Assembly: GCA_043754535.1 (NCBI GenBank) | Contig: JAYUUN010000070.1 | Span: forward strand, 1-37,260 | Direction: 5' to 3' | Length of the DNA: 37,260 nucleotides | Origin: Chloroflexota bacterium | Lineage (GTDB): Bacteria; Chloroflexota; Chloroflexia; QHBQ01 | In this document: positions 18,427-27,058 of the stretch, piece after piece | Layout: every line of letters begins with the position of its first letter | Position numbering within the stretch: position 1 is the stretch's first letter | Program-made: the position numbers and the translations under genes | Notes under the pieces: model-generated | Told to the model about the DNA's origin: nothing | Database searches by the model: none | What the model saw: the letters and a program-made list of their open reading frames with translations, nothing else

Positions 18427-19422
18427 TTAGTTGATTCCGCCGCCCGTTTTGTTGCCGCGCAGGATGTTGTCGGCGTTGCGGGACAGGGTGTTAACATCCT
18501 CACCGAGGAACTCGCCACGCACGGCAGAGCGCAGAGCAGGGTCGCGGTTGAAGGCTCCGCCACCGAAGGCAAAGAGCGGCGGCGCATCCAGGCGCGCTAG
18601 CTGCTGGCTGAAGTCGATCACCTTGCGGGCGGTGCCATCGGTCATCGCCGACATACAGACCATCGCGGGCTGCAACTGCTCCACCGTGGTTAGCAGGTCG
18701 GCTGCGGGCGTGTTCTGGCCCAGGTAGACGACGCGGAAGCCCTGCCAGCGCAGAAAGAGAGCGGATAGCAGCGCGCCAATCTCGTGCTGCTCGTCGGGGG
18801 CGCAAGCAACCACCACGAGCGGGGCTTCGCCGTTGAGTGGTTGGAGATTGAGCAGCGAAATCAGCTTGTTACGCACATAGTTGGTGGCGAAGTGTTCGAC
18901 CGCCACGTTCAGGCTACCCTGGTGCCAGGCTTCGCCCACCCGCACCATCGTTTGGGCCAGCAGTTCGTGGCACACCGTATCAACAGGATAGACGATCATT
19001 GCCTTGCCCACGATATGCTCCGCCGCCTGCTCATCAAAGTTGACGAAGGCATCGTAGAGTTGGTCGCTGAGGGCCTTGAGTGCGCTGATCGGCGCGTCCA
19101 GGGGGAGGCTGATACTGGTCGCCCTCTGCTCCGCCACAGGCTGGGCGGTCTCCTGGTCGCCGTCATTGATAGCGTTCAGCATCGCAGAAGCCTGGCTGAT
19201 CGTCATGCCGCCCTCAAGCTGCTGTTGCAGCCAGCGGATGGTGGCTATATCACGCTCAGAGTAGAGGCGGTAGGCCTTGCTGGTGCGGCGCGGGGCAAGG
19301 ATGCTGTAGCGTCGCTCCCAGGCCCGCAGGGTACTGGCGGGGATGCTGGTCATCTTGACTACCGCTTTGGTGTTGTAGAGCGACCTGTCGTCGTGGCCCT
19401 CGATAAACTGTTTGACATTCAT
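18427..19422 (-). CDS. MerR-family cobalamin-binding regulator (CarH/LitR-type photoreceptor)
   Basis: MerR HTH (TLRAWERRY...RLYSE.DI), W-x9-EH motif (WHQGSLNVAVEH), ExHxxG motif (EQHEIG) and YLG.NTP in the Rossmann domain. Confidence 0.88.
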   Translation of the reverse strand: MNVKQFIEGHDDRSLYNTKAVVKMTSIPASTLRAWERRYSILAPRRTSKAYRLYSERDIATIRWLQQQLEGGMTISQASAMLNAINDGDQETAQPVAEQRATSISLPLDAPISALKALSDQLYDAFVNFDEQAAEHIVGKAMIVYPVDTVCHELLAQTMVRVGEAWHQGSLNVAVEHFATNYVRNKLISLLNLQPLNGEAPLVVVACAPDEQHEIGALLSALFLRWQGFRVVYLGQNTPAADLLTTVEQLQPAMVCMSAMTDGTARKVIDFSQQLARLDAPPLFAFGGGAFNRDPALRSAVRGEFLGEDVNTLSRNADNILRGNKTGGGIN

Positions 19423-19476
19423 CTTTCATGCCCTTCATTTGCCAATAGACATAAGGTGGCTACCTTATGTGCTTTG

Positions 19477-19520
19477 ATCTTACCATAACCGGGTTGCTTT
19501 GTCAATAGTTTGTACAGGGT
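19477..19520 (-). promoter_or_regulatory. carH-like promoter with tandem TnnACA operator repeats
   Basis: TTGACA (19505-19500), N17 ending in TGG, TAAGAT (19482-19477). TGTACA (19516-19511) lies exactly 11 bp upstream of the TTGACA. Confidence 0.7.
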
Positions 19521-19544
19521 TTGAGTTGGATGTGAAATAGAAGT

Positions 19545-19568
19545 AGCCGCCCCTGGTTGTGGGCGGCT
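19545..19568 (-). terminator. Hairpin downstream of the sigma-54 regulator
   Basis: AGCCGCCC-N8-GGGCGGCT followed by ACTTCTATTTC on the minus strand. Confidence 0.55.
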
Positions 19569-19669
19569 GAGCGGGGTTGCAGAGAACAGGCAGGGGCCTG
19601 GCTGGTGGAGCAGGCGGCTGGCACTGTCGCTGGCAAATAGGGGCGGCAAGGTTGCGGCAGCCCTGGCGG

Positions 19670-21079
19670 TTAGTCGCTCAGGCCGTAATCGCGCATCATG
19701 CTGTAGAGTTGGGGGAGTTCGAGACTGAGGCTGTGGGCGGTGCGGGTGCGGTCGCCGCTGTACTGTTCCAGAGCCTCCATGATCGTCAGCTTCTCCACCT
19801 CGGCCACGATGCTGCGGAGGCTGTTGTGTTCGCGCACCCGCGCCGCAATATCTACTATCTTGCCGCGCTCGGTGCGCCCACTGAAGACGATCTGGTGGCT
19901 GGTGACCACTTCGCCCTGGGCGAGGACGACGGCGCGGCGCAGGGTGTTCTCCAACTCGCGCACGTTGCCCGGCCAGTCGTAGCCCTGCAACACCTGGATC
20001 GCCTCGGAGGAGATGCGGGCGGGCGGCGAGTCGTCGGTATAGCGGTGCTTCTCCAAGAAGTGTTCGGTCAGCAGCGGGATGTCCTCTTTGCGCTCACGCA
20101 GGGGGGGTACGTAGATGGTAACGACGTTGAGGCGGTAGTACAAGTCCTGGCGGAAGCGGCCAGCGGCCACCTCGTCCTCCAGGCGGCGGTTGGTGGCGGC
20201 AATCACGCGGGCATCGACGGGGATGGTGACGCTGCCGCCCACCCGCTCGATCTCGCGCTCTTGCAGCACCCGCAAGAACTTGCGCTGGATGTTCAGGCTC
20301 ATCTCGCCAATCTCGTCCAAGAAGATCGACCCCTTGTGCGCCCGCTCGAAGCGGCCCTTGTAGGTGGCGACCGCCCCGGTGAACGACCCCTTCTCGTGGC
20401 CGAACAGTTCGCTCTCCAACAGCGTCTCTGGCATCGCCGCGCAGTTGACTTTGACCAACTGGCCGTGGCGGTAGGTAGAGTTGGTGTGGATCGCCTCGGC
20501 CACCAGTTCCTTGCCGCTGCCGCTCTCGCCAGTGATCAGCACGGTCGCATCGGTGCCAGCCACGCGGCCAATCATCTTGTAGATCGTCTGCATGGCCGCG
20601 CTCTCGCCGATGATGCGCTCTCTTGGCCGATCTACGCGGGCGCGCAGGTTCTGCAACTCGCTGGTCAGCCGTTGCCGCTCGATCAGGCGGTCAATGGTGA
20701 TCAACACCTCATCCAGGTCGAACGGCTTGGTAATGTAGTCGTATGCCCCCAGTTGGGTGGCCTGGATCGCCAGGGTGGAACTGCCGTAGGCGGTCATCAT
20801 GATGAAGGGAACGCCGCTGCCGCTAGCCTGCATCTCGCGTAGAACAGCGATCCCGTCCAACTCTGGCATCCTCATGTCCATCAACACCACGTCGGGGCGA
20901 TCTACTTTGACTTGATCGAGCAACTCCTGACCACTACGCACTTCGACCACCGCTAGCCCCTCACCATCCAGGAACTCGCGCAGGAGGCTGCGGATGCTGT
21001 TGTCGTCGTCGGCGACCAGTACAGTCTTGCCAGCACGTTGGGCGCGCCGTACTTCTTCGCTGCGAGCATCCTGCTCCAT
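19670..21079 (-). CDS. Sigma-54-dependent response regulator (NtrC/AtoC family)
   Basis: Receiver domain (VADDD, MDMRMP, KPF), AAA+ motifs GESGSGKE, ESELFGHEKGSFTGA, FLDEIGE, FRQDLYYRL and WPGNVREL, and a C-terminal Fis-like HTH. Confidence 0.93.
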   Translation of the reverse strand: MEQDARSEEVRRAQRAGKTVLVADDDNSIRSLLREFLDGEGLAVVEVRSGQELLDQVKVDRPDVVLMDMRMPELDGIAVLREMQASGSGVPFIMMTAYGSSTLAIQATQLGAYDYITKPFDLDEVLITIDRLIERQRLTSELQNLRARVDRPRERIIGESAAMQTIYKMIGRVAGTDATVLITGESGSGKELVAEAIHTNSTYRHGQLVKVNCAAMPETLLESELFGHEKGSFTGAVATYKGRFERAHKGSIFLDEIGEMSLNIQRKFLRVLQEREIERVGGSVTIPVDARVIAATNRRLEDEVAAGRFRQDLYYRLNVVTIYVPPLRERKEDIPLLTEHFLEKHRYTDDSPPARISSEAIQVLQGYDWPGNVRELENTLRRAVVLAQGEVVTSHQIVFSGRTERGKIVDIAARVREHNSLRSIVAEVEKLTIMEALEQYSGDRTRTAHSLSLELPQLYSMMRDYGLSD

Positions 21080-21097
21080 CTTGCTTCCCCCAGTCTA

Positions 21098-21937
21098 CTA
21101 CTTGCTAGCCTTGATGTTGATCGAACCGGTGGCGGCCTGGACGTTCAGCTTGCGCTCTGCTACGTTGCCCGTCGTTTGGATTGTCTCGCCGGTGCCAGCC
21201 CGCTGCACAGCATTGGGTAGGTTGAAGGCGGGATCGAGGCTGATATTACCCACATCGCACTTGCCACTGAAGCTAATCGACGGGTTAGTGGGCAGGATAA
21301 GGTCAATAGAGCCGACCGCCGTTTTGATGCTGTTCTCGCCGGGGGCAAGCTGACCGCTGAAGTTGATGCTCCCGGTTTTGGTCTCCAGCTTGAGCGGGCC
21401 ACTAAGGGCAGCGGTGGCGACCTTGAGGCTGCCGACGTTCGCCAGCAAGTCGAGGCTGCCGCCGTAGCTGCTCACCTCCACATCACTTACGTCAGCCCGC
21501 ACCTTGACTGCGACACTGGCTGGGGCGACAACCTCCACGTCAATGCTGCTATCGTGGATCAGGTTGAAGCGTAGCTTGCCGAGGTCGGATTTGGCTTCGG
21601 CGATGATCAGGAGGTTGCCGCCGTTTTGGGCCACCGTTACCTTCATCCGCTCAAGCTCTGCCGAGGCTGTGCCGTCGGTTGCGCCCCAGGCGTGGCGGGT
21701 GATGCGGTAGCTGAGGCTGTCACCGCCGCGCACTGTCACCCTGCCAATCTGGTTCTGCACTTCAATGCTGCTAGCCGCTGCCACTTCGGGGCCGCTCTGC
21801 TGCACGCTGGTCTTCTCGGCCAGCCCCAGGCTGAGGCCGACGTTGGTGAAAGCCCCCAGCACCAGCAGGATCAGCAGTATGAGGCCGATGGTGGCAAGCA
21901 GGCTGACGCAGCCGTTACCCCCGCTTCGATTGAGCAT
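21098..21937 (-). CDS. DUF4097-like beta-strand repeat membrane-anchored protein
   Basis: N-terminal TM helix and repeated GxI/V strands (IGRV, VGSL, TGSI, VGSI, VGNI, TGSI). GGAGGAGG RBS. Confidence 0.7.
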   Translation of the reverse strand: MLNRSGGNGCVSLLATIGLILLILLVLGAFTNVGLSLGLAEKTSVQQSGPEVAAASSIEVQNQIGRVTVRGGDSLSYRITRHAWGATDGTASAELERMKVTVAQNGGNLLIIAEAKSDLGKLRFNLIHDSSIDVEVVAPASVAVKVRADVSDVEVSSYGGSLDLLANVGSLKVATAALSGPLKLETKTGSINFSGQLAPGENSIKTAVGSIDLILPTNPSISFSGKCDVGNISLDPAFNLPNAVQRAGTGETIQTTGNVAERKLNVQAATGSINIKASK

Positions 21938-22003
21938 CTATCCTCCTCCCCAGCAGTTAGCTGGCTGGCCGCCACTTGCGGCCCGCTCCGTTCTCTCCTT
22001 GCC

Positions 22004-22032
22004 ATGATAAGCTATCGGGGCAAGTCTGTCAA
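22004..22032 (-). promoter_or_regulatory. Sigma-70-type promoter for the DUF4097 and response regulator genes
   Basis: TTGACA (22032-22027), N17, TATCAT (22009-22004). Confidence 0.7.
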
Positions 22033-22061
22033 ATTGCGGTGATAAAGTAGCTGGGTTGGGG

Positions 22062-23732
22062 TTACTTGGTGGTCACCACGTCCGTCTTGACGTACCAGCC
22101 ACCGAGGGTGCGGAAGCGGTCGCTGCTCTCGTACATCGCGGGCAGGATTACGCCCGCCACCCGACTGCTGGTGGCATAGCAGTAGAGGGGGTAGTAGAGG
22201 GGCAGGCTGGGTAGCTCGTCGGCGAAGATGCGCTGGAAGTCGGCGTAGTAGGCAGCGCGCTTGAGTGGGTCACTGCTCTGGCGGCCATTCTCCATGTCGC
22301 GGTCGGCCTGGTCGTTCTGCCAGCCTGCAAAGTTGATACCCTGGGGGTCATCGGCCTGGGTCGAGTGCCAGAGGCTGTAGGGATCGGGTTCGTAGGGCAG
22401 GCTCTGCCAACCGAGCAGCACCGCGTCAAAGTTGCGTGCTTGCAGGTGTTCTTCGATCAACTGGTTGCGGCTGAGCAGCGTAACCGTGACTGGCACCCCG
22501 ATTGCACCGAGATCGCGGACGATCAAGCCAGCCATCCGCGCAAAGTAGGGGTTGTCGGCGTTGGCTAGCAGGGTAAAGCTGAGGGGTTGGCCCGCTGGGT
22601 TGCGCCGGGTGCCGTCCGCCGTCAGCCGCCAGCCTGCCGCATCGAGCAGGCTGGCGGCCTTCGCGGGATCGTGAGCGTAGGCGAGGAGATCGTTGCTGTA
22701 CACGCCCGAACTTGGCAGCAAGGGGCTGCTGCTGACCACTCCCTGACCGTAGAGCGCATCGGCGACCAGTTGGGGGCGGTCAAGGGCGTAGAGCAGGGCC
22801 TGGCGCACCTCCTTCTGGCGGAAGATAGCCTCGCGCAGGTTGAGGAAGATGAAGGTGGTACGGCCCAGTTCTTTACTCTGCACCGTCAGACCCGGCTGCC
22901 GGGCCAGTTGGGCCACCGCCTCTGGCGCAACGTAGCTGATTGCGTCGATCTCGCCCTGCTGGTAGGCGGTGAGCAGGGTGGCGGTGGTGGGGTAGAAGCG
23001 GAAGACTAGCCGCTGGATGTAGTACGGTAGGCTGGCGGGGCCGACGTTCGCCAGATGGTAGCGGCCATAGCGTTCGAGGGTAATTGCCGCTGGCCCTGGG
23101 CCGGGTGTGCCGTCACCGCTGACCAGCCGATAGGGTCCCGTGCCAATCGGCTGCTGATTGAGGGCAGCGGGGTTGCTGGCAAGCAGGTGAGCAGGTAGGA
23201 TCGCCAGGGTGGTGAGGCCGAGGAAGGGGGCATAGGCCTGGGGCAGGCTAAACTCCACTGTCGCGCTGTCCACCGCCTGGGCCGTCACCTGCTGCCAGGG
23301 GGCAGCCAGGGTCGCATCACCGGCGAAGGCTGGGTCTTTGAGCAGGGCGACGGTGGAGAGGACATCGGCGGCGGTGAAGGGCGCGCCGTCGTGCCAGGTC
23401 ACCTCGCGGCGCAGGTTGAAGCGGTAGCGGGTGCCGTCACTGCTAGCCTGCCAGTTGGTAGCAAGGTCTGCCACCAACCTGCCGTCCCCATCGCGGCGCG
23501 TGAGGCCGCTGAACAGCAGGCTGCCAACGTCACGTTCGGCATCCTCGCGGGCAAAGAGGGGGTTGAGGTTGAGGCGGGCCACCCCACCAGCAGGCAATGT
23601 AACCCCTTCGATCATCGTGCCACCGACGGCAGGCCGCTCCTGACCAGTGGGCAGGGCGGTAAGTACCAGTAGCAGGCAGAGGATGATACCCACCGCCGCG
23701 ATAATCGCCTGGGTGCGGAAGCCGCGCACCAT
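22062..23732 (-). CDS. Peptide/nickel ABC transporter substrate-binding protein (family 5)
   Basis: LNPL, LFSGLT, DLA..W, WHDG.PFTAADV, PIGTGPY, VRQAL.YALDR and FADELPSLPLY, with an N-terminal hydrophobic anchor. Confidence 0.9.
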   Translation of the reverse strand: MVRGFRTQAIIAAVGIILCLLLVLTALPTGQERPAVGGTMIEGVTLPAGGVARLNLNPLFAREDAERDVGSLLFSGLTRRDGDGRLVADLATNWQASSDGTRYRFNLRREVTWHDGAPFTAADVLSTVALLKDPAFAGDATLAAPWQQVTAQAVDSATVEFSLPQAYAPFLGLTTLAILPAHLLASNPAALNQQPIGTGPYRLVSGDGTPGPGPAAITLERYGRYHLANVGPASLPYYIQRLVFRFYPTTATLLTAYQQGEIDAISYVAPEAVAQLARQPGLTVQSKELGRTTFIFLNLREAIFRQKEVRQALLYALDRPQLVADALYGQGVVSSSPLLPSSGVYSNDLLAYAHDPAKAASLLDAAGWRLTADGTRRNPAGQPLSFTLLANADNPYFARMAGLIVRDLGAIGVPVTVTLLSRNQLIEEHLQARNFDAVLLGWQSLPYEPDPYSLWHSTQADDPQGINFAGWQNDQADRDMENGRQSSDPLKRAAYYADFQRIFADELPSLPLYYPLYCYATSSRVAGVILPAMYESSDRFRTLGGWYVKTDVVTTK

Positions 23733-23736
23733 CTGC

Positions 23737-23976
23737 TTAGGCTGGCTTTGCGCTGATGATGGCGTAGATCAGGACGATCAGCAGGAAGGCAGCGGCCAAG
23801 CCAATGGTCAGGCGGAAGATGAGCAGTTCGAGACCGCGCCGCGAGCGGTAGACCGAGCCAGCATCGCTGCCGAAGCCGCCACTGAAGGCCGACGAGCGGC
23901 TCTGGGTCAGGATCAGGGCGATCAGGCTGATGCCCAGGATGATCATCACGATGTCGAACGAAACATTAAAGTTCAA
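23737..23976 (-). CDS. secG: Preprotein translocase subunit SecG
   Basis: 79 aa with two TM helices flanking a Gly/Ser loop (LILTQSR...GGFG...RSRRGLE..IFRLT). Confidence 0.85.
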   Translation of the reverse strand: MNFNVSFDIVMIILGISLIALILTQSRSSAFSGGFGSDAGSVYRSRRGLELLIFRLTIGLAAAFLLIVLIYAIISAKPA

Positions 23977-24072
23977 CGGGAACTACTCCTTCTAAGCAGG
24001 GCGCAGGCTACGCCTCGGTGACGGTGCGGTAAGTAGCAGGCAGAATGGCACAATACAGTGCGTGTGCTGCTG

Positions 24073-24102
24073 ATTATACCACGCTACGGCGCAGTTTGGC
24101 AA
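24073..24102 (-). promoter_or_regulatory. Promoter of secG
   Basis: TTGCCA (24102-24097), N18 ending in TGG, TATAAT (24078-24073). Confidence 0.65.
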
Positions 24103-24215
24103 CCTAACGCAGCCCCTAGCTCGCCGATGCGCGTCAGCAGGCTGGCGAAGTGCGGGCCGCGGCCCATCAGCTTCTTGCGGTCGAGCAGGCCGAGCAGTTC
24201 GAGCGGTGAGTAACT
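24084..24215 (-). pseudogene. Coding-like relic, possibly the C-terminus of a DUF4276-like protein
   Basis: Reads SYSPLELLGLLDRKKLMGRGPHFASLLTRIGELGAALGCQTAP* with genome-typical GC3-rich codons and no proper start or RBS. Confidence 0.4.
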
Positions 24216-25601
24216 CTAGAATGTTGTCACCCCCGTAAAGGTGCAGCGACCAATCCGCAGGGCTGGCACGTAGTAGTTGATGTCGCCCATCCCGTTCTGG
24301 CTCCACCAGTCCTGGCACAGCTTCGCCTGGCCTAGCTCCTCTACCGTGTCCAGCAGTTCGAGGACGCTCTGGGTGAAGCGGAGGTTGCGGACGGCCCCGA
24401 CAATCTTGCCGTCCTCTACCAGGAAGGTGCCGTCCCGCGTGGTGCCAGTAGCTACTACCCGCTGGGGGTCGGGGCAGTGGGTGTAGTGTAGGCGGGTGAC
24501 GAGCAGGCCGCGCTCCAGGTGGCCGACCAGGTCGCTAATGCTGGCCTCGCCCGCTGCCATCAGCACGTTGGCGGGCAGGCTAGCGTCGCCATACTCAAAG
24601 GGGTTGTAGGCGTGGCCGGTGGTCGTCTTGCCTGGCTCCTGGCTGGCGGTATAGCTGTCGTAGACGACCCCCTCGGCGACCCCATTGGTGATCAGGTTGA
24701 CCCGCTGGGTGGGCTGGCCCTCGTAGTCAATCGCTAGCGGGCGGCAGCGGGGGTCGCGGGCATCATCCCACAGCGTCACCTGCGCGCCTGTCACCTGCTG
24801 GCCCAGCTTGTCGATCATGAACGAGTAGCCGTCTTGCACGGCGCGGGCGTGAAGACCCCAGCCGACTGGGAAGCGCACCATGTCGGCCACGCAGTCTGGC
24901 TCCAACACCACAGCGTAGTCGCCAGGGGCGATCTCGCGCTGGTTCTGGTTTAGGCGGCACTTCTCGGCAGCGGTGCGGCCCAGGGCTGCTGCGTCCAACT
25001 CGCCAGCATCGCGGCTGAGGGCATCGGCGTAGCCTGTCCCCTGGCCGTTGTCGAACAGGGCGCGCAGGTAGGCGGTTGTACTCGGCGCGTAGGCCCGCAC
25101 GCCCAGCGAGTTGACTACCGCCAGTTCGTCTACGGTTGACTTGTAGGTGCCAAAGCTGGCGAAGCCCGCGCCCTCGGCGGCAGCCACTATCTCGCGCACG
25201 GCATCAGCCCGCGTCTGCGGCAGTTGCCCTGCTACGCTCGCGTAGAAGTAGGGGGCGGCGGCTGGCCCTGTGCTGTCGGCCTGCGGCCCTGGCAGCGACT
25301 TGAACAGGGGATTGGGCTGCAACAGCTTCGCGGTCGCCACCGCCTGCGCCAGGGTGCGGGCCAGCGCGTCGGGTTCGAGGCTGTGGACGGTCAGGCGGGC
25401 GACCGCTCCATTGACTACTACGCGCACTCCTACCTGCACGTCGTCCTGGTAGACGTTCTGGTGGATTTCGCCGTGGGCATAGCGGGTGACAGCCTGCGAA
25501 CGACGCAGCAGCAGCAGTTCGGTCTGCTCGGCGGTCGAGGTCTTGAGCGCGGCTTCTAGCCGGGCCAACGCTTGCTCCTGTCCAATCAAGTTGAGCGACA
25601 T
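24216..25601 (-). CDS. PmbA/TldE-family subunit
   Basis: TRYA.GEIHQN, PGDY.VVLEP, D.EG.P, GLLVTRLHY, TG.TRDGTFLVEDGKI and NLRFTQS, with no HExxxH motif. The ATG overlaps the tldD stop (TGATG). Confidence 0.88.
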   Translation of the reverse strand: MSLNLIGQEQALARLEAALKTSTAEQTELLLLRRSQAVTRYAHGEIHQNVYQDDVQVGVRVVVNGAVARLTVHSLEPDALARTLAQAVATAKLLQPNPLFKSLPGPQADSTGPAAAPYFYASVAGQLPQTRADAVREIVAAAEGAGFASFGTYKSTVDELAVVNSLGVRAYAPSTTAYLRALFDNGQGTGYADALSRDAGELDAAALGRTAAEKCRLNQNQREIAPGDYAVVLEPDCVADMVRFPVGWGLHARAVQDGYSFMIDKLGQQVTGAQVTLWDDARDPRCRPLAIDYEGQPTQRVNLITNGVAEGVVYDSYTASQEPGKTTTGHAYNPFEYGDASLPANVLMAAGEASISDLVGHLERGLLVTRLHYTHCPDPQRVVATGTTRDGTFLVEDGKIVGAVRNLRFTQSVLELLDTVEELGQAKLCQDWWSQNGMGDINYYVPALRIGRCTFTGVTTF

Positions 25602-27058
25602 CACTTTCCTCCCTTGACCACGTTGAGGTTGGTAAAGACGGCGGGGCTGGCTCCATGGCTGACAGCGGCAGATTGCAGCGGTTCGCCCTTCGCGCAGCCG
25701 AGGAAGCCCCACAACTGCCACTCGCCCAGCCCCGCCACCGCCTGGCAGTTGCCCCAGAAGGTGGGGGTTAGTTCGCTGAAGCTGGCCCCCTTCCGCAACT
25801 CGCCCAACTTGCCGTTCTTGATCTCGTAGCAAAGTTCTGTGCTAAAGTTGAAGTTCAGCCGCTTGTCGTCGAGGCTCCAGCTAGAGGGGGTGTCGAGGTA
25901 GTAGCCGTCGTCCACCTGGGCGATCAGGTCGGCAAGGGTGGTGTCGCCCGGCCCCGCTTCGAGGCTGACATTGGTCATCCTCACCATCGGCATCCGCCCC
26001 CAGCCGTCGGCGCGGGCGCAACCGCCGCTGCTGCGCCCAATCGCGGGAGCGGTATCGCGGCTGCTCAGGTAGCCCACGAAGTTGCCTTCGCGCACAATCG
26101 GCAGGTTCTGGGCCGTCACCCCCTCGTCATCCCAGCCGAACGTCCCCAGCCCCTCGGCCAGGGTTGCGTCGGCGGTCAGGTTGACCTGGGGCGAACCGTA
26201 CTGGAAGCCGCCCAGCTTGTCGGTAGTCAAGAATGAGGTGCCAGCGAAGGCGGTCTCGGCCCCCAGCACGCGGTCAAGCTCAATCGGGTGGCCGCAACTC
26301 TCGTGGCAGAGCAGGGAGAGCATCTGCGAACCCAGCACTACTGTGGTGCGGCGATCCTGCACCCAGGGGGCGACGACTAGCGCACCTGCCTCTGCGCCGA
26401 CCCGCTGGGCAACCTCGCGCAGGTTCAAGCTCTCCACGTACTCGAAGCCCGCCTGGTGGTAGTTGTCGAAGCTGCGGCGGTAGCTGGCTCCCTCGGCGCG
26501 GGCGTGGGCTGTCACCCCGCCGCCAGTGGAGGTGAGCCGCTGGCGCAGGCGCAGGTCATTACTGCTGACGAAGTACTTGCTCTGCTGGCGGCTGTAGAGG
26601 TGGGCGGTGGCGGTGTTGACCTGCGCTCCCTTGCTGGCCTCGTTGCAAGCGTCCAGCACCAGGGCGACCTTCTCGCTGAGTGGCACTGTGGCGGGGTCAC
26701 GCTGCACCAGGCTGGCGTACTCGGCGACCTCGCTAGAGGGGGCGGGGTCGAAGTCGCTGGCGTAGAACAGCGAGGGCGACTTGCGCGCCGTTGCGCTGGC
26801 GTGGGCGATCTCTACCGCCTGGGCTACCAGGTCGCGCACGGCGTGGCTGTCGCTGCGGGTGGTGCTGGCGAAACCCCAGCCGCCGCCGACCAGCACGCGC
26901 ACGCCCCAGCCGTTATCCTCGGTGCGCTCCATGCTCGCCAACGCGCCATCCCGCGCACTGATCGTCTCGGTGAAACTATCCTCCATGCGGGCCTCGGCAT
27001 AAGTGGCCCCAGCCCGCCGCGCCTGCTCGACGGCAGCTTCCGCAATCTCCTCGCGCAT
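25601..27058 (-). CDS. tldD: TldD-family metalloprotease
   Basis: G.GVRVL..G.WGFAS, the HESCGH.IE.DR zinc motif, WDDEGV, RMTN, SWSLDD.R.NF.F, CAKGEP.Q and HG.SP. Confidence 0.9.
   Translation of the reverse strand: MREEIAEAAVEQARRAGATYAEARMEDSFTETISARDGALASMERTEDNGWGVRVLVGGGWGFASTTRSDSHAVRDLVAQAVEIAHASATARKSPSLFYASDFDPAPSSEVAEYASLVQRDPATVPLSEKVALVLDACNEASKGAQVNTATAHLYSRQQSKYFVSSNDLRLRQRLTSTGGGVTAHARAEGASYRRSFDNYHQAGFEYVESLNLREVAQRVGAEAGALVVAPWVQDRRTTVVLGSQMLSLLCHESCGHPIELDRVLGAETAFAGTSFLTTDKLGGFQYGSPQVNLTADATLAEGLGTFGWDDEGVTAQNLPIVREGNFVGYLSSRDTAPAIGRSSGGCARADGWGRMPMVRMTNVSLEAGPGDTTLADLIAQVDDGYYLDTPSSWSLDDKRLNFNFSTELCYEIKNGKLGELRKGASFSELTPTFWGNCQAVAGLGEWQLWGFLGCAKGEPLQSAAVSHGASPAVFTNLNVVKGGK

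Noticed and set aside
19615..19640. TGGCAC as a sigma-54 promoter
   Set aside because: There is no TTGC at the required -12 spacing and no plus-strand gene downstream.
19577..20842. 421-aa plus-strand ORF, and similar ORFs at 11100-12191, 17692-18600 and 27537-28463
   Set aside because: These are antisense shadows of well-supported minus-strand genes.
25602..25832. N-terminal extension of pmbA
   Set aside because: It overlaps the tldD coding sequence. The coupled TGATG start at 25601 with a GGAGG RBS fits better.
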